This document shows positions 15,294-23,655 of a stretch of 25,015 nucleotides of DNA, one piece after another. Within the stretch, counting starts at the first letter, position 1, and every line of letters begins with the position of its first letter. The stretch covers positions 1 through 25,015 of the IMG/VR virus record IMGVR_UViG_3300009095_000067. One strand, 5' to 3'. A program made the translations under genes and the position numbers. This stretch comes from a virus (Duplodnaviria; Caudoviricetes). The notes beneath the pieces were generated by a model that did no database searches, had not been told where the DNA came from, and saw only the letters and a program-made list of their open reading frames with translations.

Positions 15294-15857
15294 CTAGCGA
15301 CTGAACAGGAACTCCTCGTTCGCGAACTCGATGCGGTCGAAGTCCTCTACCAGCGACTCGCCGTACGACTCGTAGTCGAAGTGGTACTCCAGGTGCCCGC
15401 CGAGATATTCGCCGCAGTTGTCCATGTACTCGCGGGCGAACTCCTGGTAGTCGCCGTCGAACTCCTGGTAGTACTCATCCTCGGCCCTCTGGAGGTCGGA
15501 GTCGAAGTCGAAGAACTTCCACCCGATGTCCTTGATGCGAGCGAAGATCGCGTTGTCAGGGCAGTAGTGCTTGTTGCCCTTGATGAACTCCACGAGCTGG
15601 CAGACCTCGGTCAGCCAGTCCCAGTTCTTGGGACTCGCCTCGATCCCCAGCTCGTCGCCGTCGTGATCGAACGTGAACCCGGTGACCCTGCCCATGCTGA
15701 TGTCCTTCTCCATCGCCCACAGGGCGATGTGGTGGAGCACAGCCAGCTTCAGGGTGTCGACATCGAAGACGCCGGACTCTTCCCAGACATCGTCCAGGTC
15801 GAGGCCAATGCCGTCGTTGTAGTCGTTCGTTTCGGTGTCCTGCCAGAACAATTCCAT
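15294..15857 (-). CDS. ardA: ArdA-like antirestriction DNA-mimic protein
   Basis: Very acidic; EFAREYMD...LEYHFDYESYGESL matches the ArdA C-terminal YFDYE.Y..DL motif. Confidence 0.65.
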   Translation of the reverse strand: MELFWQDTETNDYNDGIGLDLDDVWEESGVFDVDTLKLAVLHHIALWAMEKDISMGRVTGFTFDHDGDELGIEASPKNWDWLTEVCQLVEFIKGNKHYCPDNAIFARIKDIGWKFFDFDSDLQRAEDEYYQEFDGDYQEFAREYMDNCGEYLGGHLEYHFDYESYGESLVEDFDRIEFANEEFLFSR

Positions 15858-15900
15858 GTTGGTCTCCTTGCTCGTGTCCCTGACTACGGATTCAGGACGC

Positions 15901-16155
15901 TCAGGCGTCCTGGTCCGTCACGATGTCGTAGCTCTGCTCGGGGGACAGGTATCCCATGAACCGGAGCATGACCTCGTGCTTGGTGAAGAGCGCCTTGACC
16001 ACGTCGGCCTTGTTGTAGAACACGACGCGCCCGTTACCCGCCGAGATGGCAGGCGTGATGCCCTCCACCAAGGTCCGGACCTTCGGCTGGGAGAAGCCCA
16101 GCTCACGCGACAGGTCGCCGACGGTACGCAGATCCTCGGTGTTGATGCTGCTCAT
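15901..16155 (-). CDS. Helix-turn-helix DNA-binding protein (MerR/Xis-like)
   Basis: RTVGDLSRELGFSQPKVR...GRVVFYNKADV winged-HTH pattern. Confidence 0.65.
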   Translation of the reverse strand: MSSINTEDLRTVGDLSRELGFSQPKVRTLVEGITPAISAGNGRVVFYNKADVVKALFTKHEVMLRFMGYLSPEQSYDIVTDQDA

Positions 16156-16227
16156 TTCTCTCTCCCTTGTGTGACCCCTAGCAGGGGAGACGGCGCTCGG
16201 CCCGGAGGCCGAGCACCATCCTCAGTG

Positions 16228-16665
16228 CTAGGAGATGAGGCCGGACTGGACAGCCAGCACAGCCTCGTCGTGCTTGTCGTGCAGGATCTCGGTGAGCTTG
16301 TCCGCGAAGCCGGGGACCGGAGCCGAGGGGTCGGCGTCCTTGAACTCGGCGATGGACTCGTCGTCGTACTTGACGAAGTCCTCGCGGTGCACCGTGTTGG
16401 CCTCCAGCTCGTCGGGCGACAGGTCGCCCACGGCCTTGTCTCCGACCTTCACGACCAGGGTCATGAACATCCCCGGCATGACGAAGTCCTCGCCGCCCAG
16501 GAGGGCACCCAGCGTGGTCATCGGGTCGTTGTACTCGGGGTTGTCCAGCGTGATGACGCAGTACTCGCCCTCGTACGTGAACGCACGCCCCGTCCCGAAC
16601 TCGTCCGTCACGTCCTCACGGACGTTGACGCGCTCGTGCACGGGGCAGGAAACGTTCTGGCACAT
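16228..16665 (-). CDS. Acidic hypothetical protein
   Basis: ACAAGGGAGAGAG RBS. Confidence 0.7.
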   Translation of the reverse strand: MCQNVSCPVHERVNVREDVTDEFGTGRAFTYEGEYCVITLDNPEYNDPMTTLGALLGGEDFVMPGMFMTLVVKVGDKAVGDLSPDELEANTVHREDFVKYDDESIAEFKDADPSAPVPGFADKLTEILHDKHDEAVLAVQSGLIS

Positions 16666-16853
16666 AACTCTCTCCCTTGTTGATTGGCCAGGTAGGCCAG
16701 GAAACGCTCACCCCCCGAAGGGGTGAGCGCAACCCTACTCACCTGGTCGAGTGCCCCTTATCGTCAGTCTGACACACCTTAGACTATGACCTCAGAGGCT
16801 TGACCGGTTGAACCCCAGAGATTCGGGGCCGCCCCCTCAAGGGGCGGTACCGA

Positions 16854-17333
16854 CTACCGGATGGAGCTGAACTTACGACCACCATACGTGTCCTTGATGA
16901 CCCTGATGTCCGTGAGCTTGTCCTCGTAGTAGTCCAGACCGGCCGAAGACTGATTCCGCGAGGAATCGTTCATCGGCGTCAGCCGGTGGACGAGGTGGTC
17001 AGCTTCGAAGAGAAGCACGACCTCCTTGCCGTTCCAGTCGTTGCCGACCAGAACGTCACCCTTGACCGGAGCCAGAGTGTCCTTGGTCCACTTCAGGTTG
17101 TAGCCGTCGTTCAGCTCCTCGTAGCTCAGGAGAACGAGGGACTTGCCGTCCAAGGACGGCACCCACGCGTTATCCTTGACGCTTCCGCTCTGGACGATGT
17201 ACCGGTACTCACCGGCTTCTTCGATCCAGGTGAACTTGAGCACCTTCACTCCGGGGAGGATCGTCTTGCTGTGGCTCTTGTAGACGAGCACATCGAGGAC
17301 GTTCCAGTTACCACTGTGAGACTCGATTGCCAT
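16854..17333 (-). CDS. Hypothetical protein, paralogue family member A
   Basis: Conserved RBS; shares motifs with 17426..17902. Confidence 0.75.
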   Translation of the reverse strand: MAIESHSGNWNVLDVLVYKSHSKTILPGVKVLKFTWIEEAGEYRYIVQSGSVKDNAWVPSLDGKSLVLLSYEELNDGYNLKWTKDTLAPVKGDVLVGNDWNGKEVVLLFEADHLVHRLTPMNDSSRNQSSAGLDYYEDKLTDIRVIKDTYGGRKFSSIR

Positions 17334-17425
17334 AATCTCTCTCCCTTGTCTTCCTCTCCGTATGAAGAGGACACGGAACTCGGCCCCAGAGGGCCGAGCG
17401 CCATGCTCACTTCACAGCGATGGGA

Positions 17426-17902
17426 TTAGCTGATCTTCAGCTCCTTCGAGAAGTTGGAGCCGTTGGCCACCAGAACCTGCTTGAGCTGCTTGTCCTTCTG
17501 CGTCCAGTCCTTGCCGTTCCAGTAGTCCAGACCGGCGTACGTTCCCGTCTGGGTGTTCCAGATCACGTCACGGGACTGGACGATGTAGATCACGCCGTCC
17601 TTGTCCTTCAGGACGTCACCGGGCTGGATCGTGAAGCCGGGCACGAACTTGTACCCGTAGCTTTCGGTGATCTCCTTGCCGGTGTACAGCGCGATCTCGG
17701 GGTGCTTGGTGTACGACAGGTCGCCGACGAACTTGTCGTCGGAGATCCGGCCGTACTGCACGACGTAGCTGTGCTCGCCCACCTCCGGGATGAAGACCTC
17801 CTTGAGCACCTTGATGGCGCCCGCGCTGGAGGAGTCGGAGAAGACGAGAACATCACCCGTGTTGTGGTAGATGGTCGCCTTGTCGAGCTTCTTCGCGCCC
17901 AT
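17426..17902 (-). CDS. Hypothetical protein, paralogue family member B
   Basis: Conserved RBS; GDVLV, KVLK, YVVQ.G, GDVL and AGLDY shared with 16854..17333. Confidence 0.75.
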   Translation of the reverse strand: MGAKKLDKATIYHNTGDVLVFSDSSSAGAIKVLKEVFIPEVGEHSYVVQYGRISDDKFVGDLSYTKHPEIALYTGKEITESYGYKFVPGFTIQPGDVLKDKDGVIYIVQSRDVIWNTQTGTYAGLDYWNGKDWTQKDKQLKQVLVANGSNFSKELKIS

Positions 17903-18001
17903 GATTCTCTCCCCTTGTCAGGATGTAACCTAGTCGAACTCGGCTAGGCACACGGGCCTCACCCCGAAGGGTGAGGACCATGCTCGCAGCCGGTGCGATG
18001 A

Positions 18002-18709
18002 TCAGACGAGCGCGTTCCTGACGGACTGGCCGAACCTGTAGCCCATACCGGTCTTCATCTCCTTGGCTCCCACGAGGGAGATGTTGGAGACGCTCTCGGC
18101 GAAGGCACCGTCGACCAGCTCGCGAACCTCGTTCTCGCTGTGCACGAAGTACTTCCGACCGTTGGCCAGCTCGATGAACATGCCGGTCTCGATCTTCAGG
18201 GCGGAGCGCACCTTGAAGCTGTAGGCGCCGCCCGTCTCGAAGTCCTTCTTCTGGAGAACGGCGGTCTCGACCTTGCCCGTGCTGGACTTGTTGTCGGTGT
18301 GCACGCCGTCCTTGACCTTACCCGTCGCGACGATGTAGACCGTGATGGTCTCCGTGTCGCTGAGACGGACGAGCTGCGTGCCGATGACCCGCACGGAGTA
18401 ACCGTACGAGCCCTTGTACACGTCGCCCTTCTCCACCAGCGTGCTGTTCTTGCCGAGCGCGTCCTTCCACGCCTGCGTCAGCTCGTGGAAGTTGCCGACG
18501 GAGATGTCGAAGCCGTAGCTGTAGCCTCCATCGAGGCCCAGCTCGACCAGACCGTCGGAGTAGTCCCCGAAGAGCTGGCCCAGCACGCACACACCGCAGG
18601 ACCCGAGGTCCAGCGTGTCCAGGTCGATGTCCTTCTTCCAGCTCTCGGACCCGAAGTGGGCGTTGAGCAGGTTGATGCCGGACTCGACCTTGGAGGTGTA
18701 GTCGGTCAT
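18002..18709 (-). CDS. Two-domain hypothetical protein (N-terminal LDLGSCGVCVLGQLFG domain plus paralogue-like C-terminus)
   Basis: ATG 18709 after ACAAGGGGAGAGATC. Confidence 0.75.
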   Translation of the reverse strand: MTDYTSKVESGINLLNAHFGSESWKKDIDLDTLDLGSCGVCVLGQLFGDYSDGLVELGLDGGYSYGFDISVGNFHELTQAWKDALGKNSTLVEKGDVYKGSYGYSVRVIGTQLVRLSDTETITVYIVATGKVKDGVHTDNKSSTGKVETAVLQKKDFETGGAYSFKVRSALKIETGMFIELANGRKYFVHSENEVRELVDGAFAESVSNISLVGAKEMKTGMGYRFGQSVRNALV

Positions 18710-18845
18710 GATCTCTCCCCTTGTCGTCGGAGCGCAGCTCCGAAGCCACCCATCGCCACAGGCGATGGATTGTGTGTTGTGTTGCACCATGATCCATGGC
18801 ACATGGCACGTGCTGGTGCAAGACCAGCACGGCCAAGATTGTGGA

Positions 18846-18929
18846 TCACCGTCCTTGGTTGCCTCCACCGGCAGAACCGGCGAGGATCAGGATGACTGCG
18901 GCGACTACTACCAGCGCCCAGCCGCTCAT
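18846..18929 (-). CDS. 27-aa membrane peptide (MSGWALVVVAAVILILAGSAGGGNQGR)
   Basis: Not in track; TGATG overlap with upstream gene. Confidence 0.5.
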   Translation of the reverse strand: MSGWALVVVAAVILILAGSAGGGNQGR

Positions 18930-19294
18930 CAGCACTTCTCCAACATACGGGACACGGCAGCGGTCAGCGAGCTGAAGCCGTTGTGGCTACGCTGCTCACC
19001 CACGAGCTTGTACGAGTACGCCTTACCGGCACGCCCCTTACTCATCCTGATGAATCCCAGGATGTGGGTCGTACCCTTGACGCGCACCTCGAAGGTGCGC
19101 TCACCGATGCTCTTGACGGAGACGCAGGACCGTGCAAGGCCCTTCTTCACCTCCTTCGCAGGCTTGGTGGACTTCGCACGACTCTTGTGCACACGGCTCG
19201 TCTGAGCCGTGCGGTTAGCCGATCCGAACCCAGGCACTCGTGACCGAACCAGCGGGTCACCAGCGCTCATGAAGGTTTCATCGAAGCTGATCAA
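18929..19294 (-). CDS. Basic hypothetical early protein
   Basis: TTG start after ACAAGGGAGAGAG. Confidence 0.7.
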   Translation of the reverse strand: MISFDETFMSAGDPLVRSRVPGFGSANRTAQTSRVHKSRAKSTKPAKEVKKGLARSCVSVKSIGERTFEVRVKGTTHILGFIRMSKGRAGKAYSYKLVGEQRSHNGFSSLTAAVSRMLEKC

Positions 19295-19366
19295 GGTCTC
19301 TCTCCCTTGTTCTTGGCCGAATTGACCAGACTACGCCCCCGCAAGGGCGCACTCCTACCGATTCGG

Positions 19367-19606
19367 TCAGTTGGCCCACGCCACGAGCACGCTCGTGGTC
19401 TCCTGCGGGTCACTGTTCATGATCTTGTACTTGTCCACCATGACGGCCTTGCCCGAGTTGAGCAGGCTGTCGATGAAGTCCTGGTGTTCGGTCGTCCAGC
19501 CGCGCTCATCGGAGATGAGGTCACGGATGTCCTTCAGGTCGGCGTCCTTCTGACCGCCGACCTTGTGACCGTCCACGTACGCCTCCACGGTGAAGGTGTC
19601 GATCAT
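19367..19606 (-). CDS. Hypothetical protein (first early gene)
   Basis: CAAGGGAGAGAG RBS. Confidence 0.7.
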   Translation of the reverse strand: MIDTFTVEAYVDGHKVGGQKDADLKDIRDLISDERGWTTEHQDFIDSLLNSGKAVMVDKYKIMNSDPQETTSVLVAWAN

Positions 19607-20138
19607 GTCTCTCTCCCTTGCGTTAAGGCGCTCAGAGCGATTCTAAGCGTCCCGGACAGTCGCCGAGCCACTAGGGCTCGGACGACTCCCCGAAGGAGCC
19701 AGGGGAGGGCATTGCTGCCCATCTAGGCCCCTTCAACAAGGGGGGAAAGAGCGTGTGTGCTCACATCCGCTCTGGCGCGGTACATCCCTGACCCGAAGGT
19801 GGGGAGACTCACCCGTCGTCCAGTGCAGGTTAACCACACCGGTACACGGAGTTACCGAGCTACACACGGCTTGGTAGGTGCAGACGCCTCAATGTATGGC
19901 CCTTGCGGGCAGACGCCTGGCCTTGCCAAGACTTTACAGTATTTAGTTCACAAGCAACGAACAGTCACTTTGCGCCTTTCGGCCCCGCCTTGCGCACCCC
20001 TCGCGGGGACGGGCATGGTTCTCTCCCGTGTGGTTACGCTGGCAGGCTCCGCTTAGCAAGACACCTAGGTCTCGCCCTAGCTTCGGCTCCGGCTGTCATG
20101 CGTGTCGCTTGGGACTTGGTCCCTCGCTGACGTGCTAG

Positions 20139-20168
20139 ACACTCTCACGTTTGCCGCCTTCGTGTCAA
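20139..20168 (-). promoter_or_regulatory. Early promoter P3 (TTGACA-N18-GAGTGT, extended TG)
   Basis: Same spacing and GCTTGACAC...CGTGAGAG context as P2. Confidence 0.6.
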
Positions 20169-20340
20169 GCCCTACTTTTCGTTGGCCTACGCTCGGACGC
20201 TTTCGCGTCCGTGCTAGTGATCACGCACCTAGAAGGTGCGAGATACCTAGCGAGTGTGTGTGGACAGAGTTTCACCGTTGTTTTAGCCCCTACGGGTTGC
20301 CCGGATACTGACTGCCCGGCCACTCGGCCGAACGAGTAGG

Positions 20341-20370
20341 ACTCTCTCACGCCGGTCAAGGCTGTGTCAA
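20341..20370 (-). promoter_or_regulatory. Early promoter P2 (TTGACA-N18-GAGAGT, extended TG)
   Basis: HrdB/sigma70-like -35 with an 18-nt spacer. Confidence 0.6.
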
Positions 20371-20569
20371 GCACGATCCTTTCGGATCGTGTGATCAAGC
20401 ACCGAAGCACCTGACCAGGTACCGCAGCCATGACTATCTGACTGCGTTATCGCGGGTTTGCCGCGCCCTTTTAAGAGATCTAGCACGTTGTGGAGTTCTC
20501 AAGTCACCAAGGGGCTTGTTGCCCCGCACTCCCTGCCGTTCTTGCTGGCCTGTCGTGCTGACACCGAGA

Positions 20570-20599
20570 ACATTGAGGCTTTGCAGGTAGGTCCGTCAA
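20570..20599 (-). promoter_or_regulatory. Early promoter P1 (TTGACG-N18-CAATGT)
   Basis: sigma70-like elements, 18-nt spacer, upstream of a boxA-like motif. Confidence 0.55.
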
Positions 20600-20618
20600 A
20601 CATGCAGGTCAGATGCCT

Positions 20619-21252
20619 TGTCCGAAGCTGTATTTTCCCTTCCTTCCTGAAAGCAAAGGCCGGAGCAAAGGCAGTATGTCCGGATTGTCCGTATCAGGAT
20701 GAGAGACACGCAGCTCAGGCTGCGTGGCTGGAGCAGAAGTGTACGAATCGGACATCTCGTGACAGATGGGTGGCTTGGTACGATGGTTGGTACAGAAACT
20801 GGGATAGTTCCTGCCCAGATGTCCAGTTTGTCCCCCTCGATCTTTGCCGTTTGCTCCAGTGAAGCGGGACAGACCAGGGCAAAACGGACACCTGCACGGA
20901 TGAGCACGGCCCCCGCTCAGATGAGCACCCTCACGTAAGGGGTAGATGGAACACGCGCGCGCGTAGGGGTACGGCTGGGGGGTATGCGTACATGGATGGA
21001 TGCGGATGGATGCGGATGGACTGTCCCACATCCCCACAATCATGCACATCTGCACACTTATGCCCACATATCTGGACATAATCGGACATCTGGTCACATA
21101 TGTGTACACATGCTGGCCTCCTAGTACATGTCCACACACCCCCGCCCACCTGAGCGCAGCCCTGCTCATCTGAGCAGCCCAGGGGGACGAACCAGGGCAA
21201 GCCGGGGCAACTCGGACACCCGACATGTCCCACCAAATCCGGACATCGGACC
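20619..21252. repeat. Dispersed GGACA/TGTCC short-repeat array; probable genome terminus/packaging region
   Basis: At least 13 copies on both strands in ~630 bp, plus a GGATGCGGAT tandem at ~20992-21020; non-coding, between divergent early and late units. Confidence 0.6.
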
Positions 21253-21317
21253 CCAGGGTTGTTAACGCGCGTTCACTGGGGGGGAGTGAGTCCCCCTAAA
21301 TTTCCACCATAAATGGG

Positions 21318-21436
21318 TGTGACGTGGCTCACACTGCCATGACAGAACCCTTGGGAACACTGGGCTGTAGGGTGCGTGACGCAGGTCACACTACAGGTCT
21401 GTCCCTGAGAGGCGAAGGGACAGGTATATATATAAT
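21318..21436 (+). promoter_or_regulatory. Putative late promoter: two CRP-consensus sites plus TATAAT
   Basis: TGTGA-N6-TCACA at 21318-21333; CGTGA-N6-TCACA at 21375-21390; TATAAT at 21431-21436. Confidence 0.5.
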
Positions 21437-21672
21437 GGGGTCCCCGAGATGTGTCCAGACCTACACTGGTTAAGCGAGTGATCACCGGTCAGATCAAGGT
21501 CAGGAGCCAGCCCCCTGAAGGGGCTGGTCCTCTGTGGAGCATGGTTAGACATTACCCTCGCACAGCTCGGGATCATTCCTCCGACTAAGGGGTTCGGCCC
21601 TAAAGGCCGACCCCGTTCTTGAGAAGCCGCACGGCGTTTGAGTTGCCTAGATACGGAAGGTAGAACCAGGGT

Positions 21673-23655
21673 ATGGCGACGGTGTATGTGACTGAGGACG
21701 GAAGGAAGCTGAAGAGCCCGCCTCGTCAGGCCAAGCCCAGGACGAAGCAGGTCAAGGCAGCCAAGACCGACTCGAAGGTCCGCAAGGAGACCTTCATCAA
21801 GTACGTGAAGAACGGCAAGTCCATCAAGGAGGCTTGTCACGACATGGGTCTCACTGAGGCCCAGTACAAGTACCTACGTCAGAGCGATGCATCCTTCAGG
21901 GACGAGATGGACCGTCTGCGTCTGATGACGCAGAACGCATCTGCGGCGGAGGAGAACAGGAAGAACATCCTGCCGTTCCCGGAGTGGTGCGAGGAGTACC
22001 TGGACACCAAGCTGTTCAACCACCACCTACAGTGGGTGGATGTGCTTGAGGGTCGAGACCCGAGGAACCTCCACGAGAGCCAGACCTACATCAAGGGTGA
22101 GCCCGAGTTCCTGCTGATCAACACTCCTCCCGAGCACGCCAAGAGTACGACCATCACGATGAACTACGTGACGTACCGAATCTGCCAGGACCCGAACATC
22201 CGAGTCATCATCGTCTCCCAGACGCAGGAGATGGCGAAGAGGTTCCTCCGTGGCATCAAGGATCGTCTGGCCTCTGAGAACAAGAACTACCAGAAGCTTC
22301 AGATCGACTTCGGTCCAGAGGGTGGCTTCGATGATGGTGCTGCCGCCTGGACGGCGGACAGCATCTACGTGTCCAGCTCTACCCGAGACTCGGGAGAGAA
22401 GGACCCTACGGTCCAGGCTCTAGGTATCGGAGGACACATCTATGGTTCTCGTGCCGACCTCATCATCCTTGATGACTGCGTGACGGGAAAGAACGCTCAT
22501 GAGTTTGAGAAGCAGATGGACTGGCTCCAGCGAGAGGTCTACAACCGTCTCAGCTATCCAGGTGGGCGTATCCTTCTGGTGGGGACGCGCCTCGCTCCAG
22601 TCGACCTTTACGGTGAGATCATCAAGGACGACTACTACGGGGAAGAGTCCAGCCCCTGGACTTATCTCACGCAGCCTGCCGTCCTGGAGTACGCTGACGA
22701 TCCCAAGGACTGGATCACGCTGTGGCCTAAGACTAACCGTCCACCAGTATCCGTAGCTGGTCGCCAGCTCACGGTACAGGACGAGGATGGACTCTGGCCG
22801 ATGTGGACCGGCGAGGCGCTCAGGAAGCGCCGCGCTTCCATGTCACCCAAGAACTGGTCTCTCGTCTACATGCAGGAGAGTGTGGTCGAGGACGCGATCT
22901 TCCCCGTGAAGGCGGTCACTGGATGCGTGGATGGAATGCGAGCCGCAGGCGTCATGCAGAAGGGTGCTCCCGGCCACAGGAAGAACGGCATGGACGGCCT
23001 GTACATCATCGGCGGCTTCGACCCCGCCATGACCGGACACTCGGCCGCAGTTGTGATGGGAGTCGACCGCTACACCGGAGAGCGCTGGATTCTGGACCTG
23101 TGGTCGAAGGGCAACCTGAAGCCTGATGACATCTTCGACAAGATCAAGGAACTGACCGTCAAGTACGGGATCAACGAGTGGCGCATCGAGAAGAACGCGA
23201 TGAACCTCATGGTGACCCAGAACCGCGAGATCAAGCAGTTCCTCGGCAGCCGAGGCTGCCTGCTTCGTGAGCACTTCACCGGCTCCAACAAGTGGGATGC
23301 GGACTTCGGTGTCGCATCCATGTCGGTACTGTTCGAGGGCTACGAGCGTAACGAGAACCTGATCCACATTCCGTCTCGCTCCAACAGCGAGGCCACGAAG
23401 ATGCTGATCGAGCAGCTAACTACCTGGGAGCCTCTGCCTCCAGGTGTCAAGACCAAGAAGAAGATCGACCTCGTGATGGCTCTCTGGTTCGCAGAGATCC
23501 GTGCACGAGAGCTGATCGGCGAGGTGGACAACGTGTTCCACGTAGCCAACGAGTACCAGAGCCCTCGCGACCGCGAGCGCTCCATTACGATCGACCTGGA
23601 CTACATGGCTCAGGCAAACATGACACACGGAACTGGAAGTTGGTGGGGTAACTGA
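21673..23655 (+). CDS. terL: Terminase large subunit with N-terminal HTH-like extension
   Basis: LLINTPPEHAKST (Walker A), GSRADLIILDD (Walker B), GTR, GFDPA and IEKN nuclease motifs, DLVMA. Confidence 0.9.
   Translation: MATVYVTEDGRKLKSPPRQAKPRTKQVKAAKTDSKVRKETFIKYVKNGKSIKEACHDMGLTEAQYKYLRQSDASFRDEMDRLRLMTQNASAAEENRKNILPFPEWCEEYLDTKLFNHHLQWVDVLEGRDPRNLHESQTYIKGEPEFLLINTPPEHAKSTTITMNYVTYRICQDPNIRVIIVSQTQEMAKRFLRGIKDRLASENKNYQKLQIDFGPEGGFDDGAAAWTADSIYVSSSTRDSGEKDPTVQALGIGGHIYGSRADLIILDDCVTGKNAHEFEKQMDWLQREVYNRLSYPGGRILLVGTRLAPVDLYGEIIKDDYYGEESSPWTYLTQPAVLEYADDPKDWITLWPKTNRPPVSVAGRQLTVQDEDGLWPMWTGEALRKRRASMSPKNWSLVYMQESVVEDAIFPVKAVTGCVDGMRAAGVMQKGAPGHRKNGMDGLYIIGGFDPAMTGHSAAVVMGVDRYTGERWILDLWSKGNLKPDDIFDKIKELTVKYGINEWRIEKNAMNLMVTQNREIKQFLGSRGCLLREHFTGSNKWDADFGVASMSVLFEGYERNENLIHIPSRSNSEATKMLIEQLTTWEPLPPGVKTKKKIDLVMALWFAEIRARELIGEVDNVFHVANEYQSPRDRERSITIDLDYMAQANMTHGTGSWWGN

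Noticed and set aside
15901-16155. Xis-like HTH as evidence of a prophage/integration module
   Set aside because: No integrase, att site or host genes in the window
18710-18868. Upstream extensions of track ORFs 18002..18868, 13440..14039, 14794..15294, 9204..10094 and 11676..12506
   Set aside because: Downstream starts have strong RBSs, and the extensions run through structured leaders or other genes
19757-21670. Track ORFs in the control/terminal region
   Set aside because: Lack RBS and phage codon bias; overlap promoters, hairpins and repeats
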